A DNA stretch of 64,000 nt, taken from contig OZ242320.1 in assembly GCA_965208125.1 (NCBI GenBank), forward strand, positions 3,552,001 to 3,616,000, given 5' to 3'. The DNA comes from Candidatus Latescibacterota bacterium. Lineage in GTDB: Bacteria > Latescibacterota > UBA2968. The notes beneath the pieces were generated by a model. The model saw nothing but the letters and a program-made list of their open reading frames with translations, searched no databases and was not told the DNA's origin. The position numbers and the translations under genes were made by a program. This document shows positions 10,869 through 18,447 of this stretch, one piece after another (the stretch's first letter is position 1; each line of letters opens with the position of its first letter).

Positions 10869-12374
10869 ATGCTAAACATGACCAACAACCGAGACCATGA
10901 TTATCTCCTTGGCTTGGTACGAGAATTGTGCAACCTGCCGCATGAGACCGATTGGGTTGAGTTCAAAGTCAACTATCGTAAGCCACACACCATCGGGGAG
11001 TACATCTCTGCGCTTGCTAATGCAGCGGCTCTCCATGGCAAAGCCCACGCGTACATGCTTTGGGGAGTAGAGAACGGAACGCATGTCGTTGCTGGCACAA
11101 AATTTTCGCCAGCGACCGCGAAAAAGGGCAACGAGCCGCTTGAGACCTGGCTGTTGCGACTTCTAACTCCCCGCATCGACTTTCGTTTTCACGAAGTTAT
11201 GGTTGATGAACTTCGCGTCGTTCTCTTAGAGATTGAACGTGCGTCACGGCATCCGGTCGCGTTCAATGGCATCGAGTACATCCGAGTGGGTAGTACTAAG
11301 AGAAAGCTCAAAGACTATCCCGAAAAGGAACGGACACTTTGGCGTGTGTTTGATCGGGTGAGCTTTGAAGAAGGCATCGCCAACGAACGCCTGAGCAGCG
11401 AGGACATTTTGCTCCTGCTTGACTATCCAAAATACTTCGATCTGCTCAATGTACCACTGCCCGATGGTCGCGTAGCCATCCTTGACGCACTCCGGCGAGA
11501 CCGACTGATTGCGCCCTGCGAGGCAGGCAGCTTTAATATCACAAATCTGGGGGCGATTCTCTTTGCGAAAAATCTTGGCGACTTTCCACGGCTGAAGCGC
11601 AAGGCCATTCGGATTATCCAGTACGTCGGTACGGGACGCATTGAGACCCTGAGAGAATACGAAGACACAAAAGGCTATGCCGCTGGTTTTGATGAACTGA
11701 TCGGTTATATTGACGCGCAACTGCCAGCAAATGAAGTCATCGGACAAGCACGACGCGAGACAGTACGGGCATTTCCCGAGTTAGCTGTACGCGAATTAGT
11801 GGCAAACATGCTCATCCATCAGGACTTTTTCGTAACGGGGGCAGGGCCTATGGTGGAGATATTTGAAGGCCGCATCGAGATTACGAATCCCGGCGAGCCG
11901 CTGGTGGATACTCAGCGTTTCCTCGATAGCCCTCCGACATCTCGCAATGAAGTACTCGCCTCGCTCATGCGTCGCTTTCAGATTTGTGAGGAGCGCGGCA
12001 GTGGGATTGACAAAGTCGCGATAGAGGTTGAGCGTTATCAGTTACCTGCCCCGCTTTTTGAAGTGCCAAAAGGTTTCACGCGCACTACCCTGTTTGCCCA
12101 TAAGTCTTTGGCCGATATGAGTAAGGCAGAGCGGATGCGAGCATGCTACCTGCATGCCTGTTTACAATACGTGACCCGTCAGCGAATGACCAATGCGTCA
12201 CTACGCGAACGATTCGGGATTGCCGAAAAAAACGCTTCGATGGCTTCACGATTCCTCAATGAAACTATGGAAGCAAACCTTATCGTTGTGGCAGATCCCG
12301 ACGCTGGCCCGCGAAATCGCCACTACCTGCCCTTCTGGACGGCCCTTGAACCGAATGCAGGAGAAATGGTTTGA
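10869..12374 (+). CDS. Schlafen/AlbA_2 + HATPase_c_4 (GHKL-like) + wHTH protein, copy 1
   Basis: ETDWVEFK, ISALAN, WGVE; RELVANMLIHQDF, SRNEVLA, EERGSGI; C-terminal MTNASLRERFGI HTH. Confidence 0.85.
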   Translation: MLNMTNNRDHDYLLGLVRELCNLPHETDWVEFKVNYRKPHTIGEYISALANAAALHGKAHAYMLWGVENGTHVVAGTKFSPATAKKGNEPLETWLLRLLTPRIDFRFHEVMVDELRVVLLEIERASRHPVAFNGIEYIRVGSTKRKLKDYPEKERTLWRVFDRVSFEEGIANERLSSEDILLLLDYPKYFDLLNVPLPDGRVAILDALRRDRLIAPCEAGSFNITNLGAILFAKNLGDFPRLKRKAIRIIQYVGTGRIETLREYEDTKGYAAGFDELIGYIDAQLPANEVIGQARRETVRAFPELAVRELVANMLIHQDFFVTGAGPMVEIFEGRIEITNPGEPLVDTQRFLDSPPTSRNEVLASLMRRFQICEERGSGIDKVAIEVERYQLPAPLFEVPKGFTRTTLFAHKSLADMSKAERMRACYLHACLQYVTRQRMTNASLRERFGIAEKNASMASRFLNETMEANLIVVADPDAGPRNRHYLPFWTALEPNAGEMV

Positions 12375-12423
12375 TGAATCCCCCAAAATGACCCAATGGA
12401 AGCATAACCAACCGATTTTTTTC

Positions 12424-12526
12424 TTGACTGAAAGACCTAAAATGACCCAATAGAAATATTTTAAAATCTCTAATTTATTTTTTTTCAAATACTTATGAGA
12501 AATTTTTTTCTTGACTGTTATTTGAT
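12424..12526. repeat. ~103-bp AT-rich element A (direct-repeat homologue of 12906-13009)
   Basis: TTGA..GAAA..CCTAAAATGAC / TAAtTTATT..CAAAtACTTA / TTGAnnGTTnTTTGAT order conserved in both copies. Confidence 0.7.
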
Positions 12527-12759
12527 TGGTCATAGAAATGAATCCGCGATGCAGTGAAGAGGTCGAGTCGTCATTTGGTCTGGAATTGCTCTCTACGGTG
12601 CATTGGATCGCCAGCGAGGAGAAGATATTGGATTTTGATGACATCGTGAATCATACTTACGCCTGGAGCGAGAGAAAGAAGCAGTTTTCACAGCGTCAGA
12701 TTAAGATTGCATTTGATGTTTTGTCGGAGAAGGGCTGGGTTGAGCATACCGTAAGATGA
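12526..12759 (+). pseudogene. C-terminal remnant of a DarG-like (macro-domain antitoxin) gene
   Basis: ESSFGLELLSTVHW...YAWSERKKQFSQRQIKIAFDVLSEKGW resembles DarG C-termini. No macro domain or darT present. Confidence 0.6.
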
Positions 12760-12905
12760 AGAACTATTTGCTCTTTTGGATCTGAGTTGCCATTCGGTAA
12801 TTGACGCAAAGCGGGCCGATAAGTTGTAAATTTCACTTAACTTATTTATTTTATTAAAATTATGTTAATTGATGGTCATTTGCTTGATGGTTGTTTGACG
12901 GTTGT

Positions 12906-13009
12906 TTGATAGAAAACCCTAAAAATGACTCGACAGGGCAGGTTTAATTTTTTAACTTATTGTTATACAAACACTTACTATTTTACAATTTGTTTGATGG
13001 TTGTTTGAT
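12906..13009. repeat. ~104-bp AT-rich element B, preceded by 11-bp-period TTGA repeats
   Basis: Aligns to 12424-12526; upstream GCTTGATGGTT GTTTGACGGTT GTTTGATAG. Confidence 0.7.
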
Positions 13010-13114
13010 AGAAAACCAAACGATGATCGATACTACCGGGCGCGGTTTGGAAGTTTGTATCGGCGATATGAGGATGTAGAGCAGCCTGATTTTGACGAAA
13101 GCGAGCACGTTAAC

Positions 13115-14818
13115 ATGAGTGAAAGCCAGGACATCGCTCTCATTGATGAGTTGCGCAGTCTGCGGACAGAGACCGAATGGTTGGAGTTCAAGCGCAATCG
13201 CTATGAACCCAGACAGATCGGGGAATACCTGTCCGCGCTTGCGAACTCGGCCTGCATCGCTGCTAAGCAGGCTGGCTATCTTGTCTTCGGTATTGACGAC
13301 GAGACACATGAGGTCGTCGGCACAAATTTTGATCCTTATAATACCAAAGCGAAGGGCAATCAAGACCTGTTGCCCTGGGTTGGGGCGGGGTTGCATCCGA
13401 ATGCAGGATTCGAGCCACGTATTGTCAATCATCCGGATGGTCGGGTCGTTGTCTTTGAGGTTGGCCCCGCGAGAGATCAACCGGTTAGCTTTTACGGAAA
13501 AGCTTATATCCGCGTAGGTTCCAGCAAGACCGAACTTAGCAAGTATCCCGAGAAGGCGCGCGTGATTTGGACGCACGGGAGCGACTGGTCCGCAGAGGTG
13601 TGTGAACAGGCGAGGCTTGATGATCTTGACCCTGACGCCCTGGTCAAGGCGCGCGAGCAGTTCGTCATCAAGCATCCGGCGCAGGCGGATGAGGTCAAAG
13701 AGTGGGACGATGCGACATTTCTCAATAAAGCCCGGATTCTAAAGCAGGGTGCTGTGACGAATACGGCACTGCTGTTGCTGGGAAGGCCGGAATCGTCGGC
13801 TCTACTCTCGCCGGTGGTGGCTAAAATTTCTTGGATACTCAAGGACGACCACAATCTCGAGTTGGATTACGAGCACATTGGACCGCCGTTCTTGCTTGCG
13901 GGAGACCGTCTTCTGAATCGCGTTCGCAACCTCACTGTGCGCGCCCTGCCGAGTGGGACACTGTTCCCTCAAGAAATTACTCAGTACGACCCGTGGGTAA
14001 TCCGCGAGGCCCTGCACAACAGCATCGCACATCAGGACTATCGTCTGCGTGGACGGATTGTTGTCGTCGAATTTCCTGACCGTATCTTGCTGACCAATGT
14101 TGGGGATTTTCTGCCCGGCGATGTCGAGACGGTCATCCAACAGGACGCTCCCCAGGCCATCTACCGCAATCCATTCTTAGCTGATGCCATGGTTGAATTG
14201 AATCTGATTGATACTCAGGGTGGCGGTATTAAGCGCATGTTCGATACACAGAGGAAGCGTTTCTTTGCACTCCCAGACTACGATTTGACCGAGATAAGTA
14301 GCGTGGCTGTGAGCATCCACGGTCGCATTCTTGATGAGCGCTATACTCGGCTCCTGATGGAACGAACTGACCTGAACCTCAGTCAGGTTATGCTACTTGA
14401 CCAGGTACAGAAGGGAATGCGTATCAGCCGGGAAGATCATCGCTATCTGAAGACCAGTGGCCTTGTTGAAGGCCGTTATCCTAACTTGATGGTCGCTGAA
14501 TCGATTGCTAAGGTGACGGGGGATACTGACCGCTACGTCCGCGAACGTGGGTTCGACAAGCAGTACTACCTGGATATAATTTTAACCTTGATCCGCGAAC
14601 ATGGCCCGGTCAGTCGCAAGGAGATCGATCAGGCCCTGACTTCGAAGCTACCTGATCGGCTGACAGAGGAGCAGAAACAGATCAGGGTCCGTAATCTTAT
14701 ACAGGAATTGCGTCTCTCCGATTTGATCGTCAACCAGGGGTCCCGTGTTCAACCCGCATGGGTGCTTACAGAAGCGCATCCGGAAAGAAAATTTAGTAAA
14801 GAAAATAAAGAAAACTAG
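13115..14818 (+). CDS. Schlafen/AlbA_2 + HATPase_c_4 + wHTH protein, copy 2
   Basis: ETEWLEFK, LSALAN, FGIDD; REALHNSIAHQDY, YRNPFLA, DTQGGGI; C-terminal wHTH. Confidence 0.85.
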   Translation: MSESQDIALIDELRSLRTETEWLEFKRNRYEPRQIGEYLSALANSACIAAKQAGYLVFGIDDETHEVVGTNFDPYNTKAKGNQDLLPWVGAGLHPNAGFEPRIVNHPDGRVVVFEVGPARDQPVSFYGKAYIRVGSSKTELSKYPEKARVIWTHGSDWSAEVCEQARLDDLDPDALVKAREQFVIKHPAQADEVKEWDDATFLNKARILKQGAVTNTALLLLGRPESSALLSPVVAKISWILKDDHNLELDYEHIGPPFLLAGDRLLNRVRNLTVRALPSGTLFPQEITQYDPWVIREALHNSIAHQDYRLRGRIVVVEFPDRILLTNVGDFLPGDVETVIQQDAPQAIYRNPFLADAMVELNLIDTQGGGIKRMFDTQRKRFFALPDYDLTEISSVAVSIHGRILDERYTRLLMERTDLNLSQVMLLDQVQKGMRISREDHRYLKTSGLVEGRYPNLMVAESIAKVTGDTDRYVRERGFDKQYYLDIILTLIREHGPVSRKEIDQALTSKLPDRLTEEQKQIRVRNLIQELRLSDLIVNQGSRVQPAWVLTEAHPERKFSKENKEN

Positions 14819-14942
14819 TCTAAAAAAGAGTAGCGGCATAAAAGGAATATATATAAGTATTTGTTTTTATAAGGTTTGTTCTTTACTAAAATTTGGAATA
14901 TTTTTGGAATTTAGTAAAGATTTAGTAAAGAATTTAGTAAAG
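14791..14942. repeat. ATTTAGTAAAG repeat cluster (4 direct, 1 inverted) around an IHF-like site
   Basis: Direct copies at 14791, 14909, 14920 and 14932; inverted CTTTACTAAA at 14881; TAAGTATTTGTTT at 14854. Confidence 0.8.
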
Positions 14943-15076
14943 CCGCGTTATTTTTCAAGCTCTTAATCGACTGCGGTCCTGAATCTTTCACAGTAGTTGA
15001 CTGGTACTTGACTGAAACGCATTTGGAATGATATTTTTCCATACTTGGAAAGCAACCCGGAGCGAGAGAGCAAGGT

Positions 15077-18000
15077 ATGAAGAGTCGGGATACTGAACCA
15101 ACGCAATCTCAGAAAGAAGAACTGGACGCGCTTGCGGCTTTGCCCGATGACGAGATAGATACTTCTAATATTCCCGAGATTATCGAGGGATCAAATTCTG
15201 TGCGCGGGCTGTTCCATAAGTCCGCCAGTGAGCGGAGTAAGGCGATGGGTGAACTCAGAGGCAGACGCCCGTCGGTTACCGATACTTCTGAACGCGGGTT
15301 GGAAGATCGCATTTGCGAGATGTTGGCTGGTAGGGGGGGTAAATCGGATACGGGTGATGTAGGGGAGCGTCCGGCTGCATATAGCGCGGGTTGGCGTTAT
15401 GGGGAGCGCGAGGATTACGACCGCGAGTATTGCGTGGATCTGGCGCAGTTGACGGCTTTTCTGGTGGCGACGCAGCCGGGGGTTGCTGAGGCGCTGTCTT
15501 TGGAGAGCGATAATCCGACGCGACGCCGGTTTCTCGCCCGGTTGAAGAGCGCAGTTGGCAGGCGCGGTATTGTCGATGCGCTTCGCAATGGTGTTAAGCA
15601 CGGGCCGCACGATATTGCGCTTTTTTACGGTGCGCCATCGCCGGGCAACCAACGGGCGGTGAAGCTTTATGAGCAGAATCGCTTTTCGGTTACGCGCCAG
15701 TTGTCGTATAGCAATGCCAATAAGCGGCTCGCGCTTGATCTCGGGCTGTTTATCAATGGTCTGCCTGTGGCGACTTTTGAGTTGAAGAATAGTCTTACGA
15801 AGCAGACGGTGGCAGATGCGGTTGAGCAATACAAACGCGATCGGAATCCGAGGGAGGAACTTTTTCGCATTGGTCGTTGTCTGGCTCATTTCGCGGTGGA
15901 TGAACACGAGGTGATGTTTTGTACGCATCTCAAGGGTAAGTCGTCGTGGTTCCTGCCTTTTAATAAGGGTTGGGATGATGGTGCTGGCAATCCGACCAAT
16001 CCCAATGGGCTTAAGACCGATTATTTGTGGCAGGAGGTTTTGACCCGGCAGAGTTTGACGGATATTATTGAGCATTATGCTCTGTTGGTGGAGTCTGCTG
16101 ACGCACAGACCGGGCGCAGGTCTCGGACGCAAATCTGGCCGCGCTATCACCAGTTGGATGTGGTGCGGAAGTTACTGGCTGATGCTGTGGAGAAGGGGGC
16201 GGGGCAGCGCTATCTCATTCAGCATTCGGCGGGTAGTGGAAAGTCCAATTCTATCGCGTGGTTGGCGCACCGTCTCATTGGGGTGGAAAAGGGCGGTGAG
16301 ACGGTTTTTGATTCTATTATTGTTGTGACTGATCGGATTATTCTGGATAGGCAGATCAATGATACCATCCGGCAGTTTGCGCAAGTGGGTGCGACTGTTG
16401 GGCACGCTGACCGATCTGGCGATTTGCGCCGCTTTATTGTTGAGGGAAAGAAAATCATTATCTCGACTGTGCAGAAGTTTCCGTTTATCCTGGACGAGAT
16501 TGGCACAGATCATCGGGGAAGCCGCTTTGCTATCATTATTGATGAGGCGCATTCCAGCCAGGGTGGGCGTACGTCTTCGGCGATGGCGCAGGCTCTGGGC
16601 GACCATGAGGATGGGGATGATGAAGATACTTTTGAAGATAAAATTAACCGGATTATTGAGCAGAAGCGTCTGTTGACCAATGCCAGCTATTTTGCTTTTA
16701 CTGCCACGCCGAAGAATAAAACGCTGGAGTTATTTGGCACGCCAGTGCCGCAGCCCGATGGCACGACAAAGCATCGGTCCTTCCACGGATATGCGATGAA
16801 ACAGGCGATTGAGGAGGGGTTTATTCTGGATGTGCTGGGTAATTATACGCCGGTAACGAGTTATTATCACCTCGCCAAGACGATAGAAGATGATCCGGAG
16901 TTTGATACAATAAAGGCGAGGAAGAAGCTCATCCGCTATGTGGAAACGCACAGCCATGCGATTCGCCTCAAAGCCGAGATTATGGTTGATCATTTCCACG
17001 AGCAGGTGCTGGCACCGCGCAAAATTGGGGGACAGGCACGGGCGATGGTTGTAACGGGTGGTATTCAGATGGCGATTGAATACTATCACGCTATCCGCAA
17101 TTACCTGAATGAGCGCAATAGCACGCACAAAGCTATTGTCGCTTTTTCTGGCGAGGTAGATTACGGTGGTGAGAGGGTGAGTGAATCGTCGTTGAACGGT
17201 TTTCCATCATCGCAAATTGCCAGCAAGATTCAGGAAGATCCCTATCGGTTGCTGGTCTGTGCGGATAAGTTCCAGACGGGCTATGATGAGCCTTTGTTGC
17301 ATGTGATGTACGTGGATAAGGTGCTTTCTGGCATTAAGGCCGTGCAAACGCTCTCTCGTCTCAACCGCGCCCATCCGGATAAGCGCGATACGTTTGTGCT
17401 GGATTTCTACAATGACGCTGATATGATAAAGGATGCTTTTGCTGATTACTACCGCACGACTATTTTGGCGGATGAAACCGATCCCAACAAGTTGCACGAT
17501 CTCAAGGCTGAACTGGATGGGCGGCAGGTTTATTCCGATGAGCAGGTCCGCAATGTGGTGGCGTCGTATTTGAAGGGCGATGACCGCAGTGCTCTTGATC
17601 CCATTCTGGATGCGTGTGTGGCGATCTATCGCAGTGAACTGGATGAGGATGGGCAGGTTGAATTTAAGGGCAATGCCAAAGCCTTTGTGCGCGCATACAA
17701 CTTCTTGTCTCAGGTGCTTCCCTATGCAAATGTGGAATGGGAACAGCTTTCCATTTTTCTGAATTTTCTCGTTCCCAAGCTGCCGACGCCCGCTACTGAA
17801 GATTTGTCGCTGGGTATTGAGGGTGCTATTGATATGGATAGCTATCGCGCCGAGAAACAGGCGACGATGCAAATTCTGCTATCCGATGAGGATGCCGAGA
17901 TCGAGCCGGTGCCCACGGGTGGCGGCGGTCATAAGCCAGAGCCGGAAATGGATCGGCTTTCCAATATTCTCCGGTCCTTCAATGATCTTTTTGGCGATAT

Positions 18001-18256
18001 TCCGTGGACCAATGAAGATCGCATTCGCAGGATGATTACCGAGGATGTTCCGAAGATGGTTGATGCGGATAGTGCCTATCGCAATGCGCGGGAACATTCA
18101 GATGAGCAGAATACGCGCATTGAACACGATAAGGCGTTGGAGAAAGCGATTATGGCTCTGCTCTCGGATGATACTGAACTTTACAAGCAGTATTCACAGA
18201 ATGAGGCGTTTAAGCGTTGGTTGGAAAATAGCGTGTTTGAACTGACCAATCGCTAA
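15077..18256 (+). CDS. hsdR: Type I R-M restriction subunit R with a BrnA-antitoxin-like N-terminal extension
   Basis: LDLGLFINGLPVATFELKN nuclease motif, HSAGSGKS, IIDEAH, FTATP, QTLSRLNR. Confidence 0.95.
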   Translation: MKSRDTEPTQSQKEELDALAALPDDEIDTSNIPEIIEGSNSVRGLFHKSASERSKAMGELRGRRPSVTDTSERGLEDRICEMLAGRGGKSDTGDVGERPAAYSAGWRYGEREDYDREYCVDLAQLTAFLVATQPGVAEALSLESDNPTRRRFLARLKSAVGRRGIVDALRNGVKHGPHDIALFYGAPSPGNQRAVKLYEQNRFSVTRQLSYSNANKRLALDLGLFINGLPVATFELKNSLTKQTVADAVEQYKRDRNPREELFRIGRCLAHFAVDEHEVMFCTHLKGKSSWFLPFNKGWDDGAGNPTNPNGLKTDYLWQEVLTRQSLTDIIEHYALLVESADAQTGRRSRTQIWPRYHQLDVVRKLLADAVEKGAGQRYLIQHSAGSGKSNSIAWLAHRLIGVEKGGETVFDSIIVVTDRIILDRQINDTIRQFAQVGATVGHADRSGDLRRFIVEGKKIIISTVQKFPFILDEIGTDHRGSRFAIIIDEAHSSQGGRTSSAMAQALGDHEDGDDEDTFEDKINRIIEQKRLLTNASYFAFTATPKNKTLELFGTPVPQPDGTTKHRSFHGYAMKQAIEEGFILDVLGNYTPVTSYYHLAKTIEDDPEFDTIKARKKLIRYVETHSHAIRLKAEIMVDHFHEQVLAPRKIGGQARAMVVTGGIQMAIEYYHAIRNYLNERNSTHKAIVAFSGEVDYGGERVSESSLNGFPSSQIASKIQEDPYRLLVCADKFQTGYDEPLLHVMYVDKVLSGIKAVQTLSRLNRAHPDKRDTFVLDFYNDADMIKDAFADYYRTTILADETDPNKLHDLKAELDGRQVYSDEQVRNVVASYLKGDDRSALDPILDACVAIYRSELDEDGQVEFKGNAKAFVRAYNFLSQVLPYANVEWEQLSIFLNFLVPKLPTPATEDLSLGIEGAIDMDSYRAEKQATMQILLSDEDAEIEPVPTGGGGHKPEPEMDRLSNILRSFNDLFGDIPWTNEDRIRRMITEDVPKMVDADSAYRNAREHSDEQNTRIEHDKALEKAIMALLSDDTELYKQYSQNEAFKRWLENSVFELTNR
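18226..18256 (+). repeat. 31-bp direct repeat (hsdR 3' end), copy 1
   Basis: AAATAGCGTGTTTGAACTGACCAATCGCTAA, identical at 20352-20382. Confidence 0.95.
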
Positions 18257-18278
18257 GGCAGAATACTTAGCGTAGCAG

Positions 18279-18320
18279 AAACAGCCCGTCCAAAGAGTTG
18301 GATGGGCTGTTTTTTTATTT
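18279..18320 (+). terminator. Rho-independent terminator after hsdR
   Basis: AAACAGCCCGTCCAA-AGAG-TTGGATGGGCTGTTT followed by a T-run. Confidence 0.8.
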
Positions 18321-18326
18321 GCAGTC

Positions 18327-18355
18327 TTGAATATGTGGATAAAGTTGGCTATACT
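18327..18355 (+). promoter_or_regulatory. Sigma70-type promoter for Schlafen copy 3
   Basis: TTGAAT-17 bp-TATACT; shares ATAAAGTTGGCTATACTAAAT with 5012-5032. Confidence 0.7.
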
Positions 18356-18447
18356 AAATGCGGTATTGAACAGGCGTTCTTCGGGTGTCTTGTATGGACG
18401 AGGGAAGCAAAGGGTTATTAGAGCCAGATTATTTCAGGTAATTTTCC

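Noticed and set aside
12843-12870. XerD-like arm TTATGTTAATT suggesting a dif/pdif site
   Set aside because: No recognisable XerC arm 6 bp upstream; chance match in AT-rich DNA is likely.
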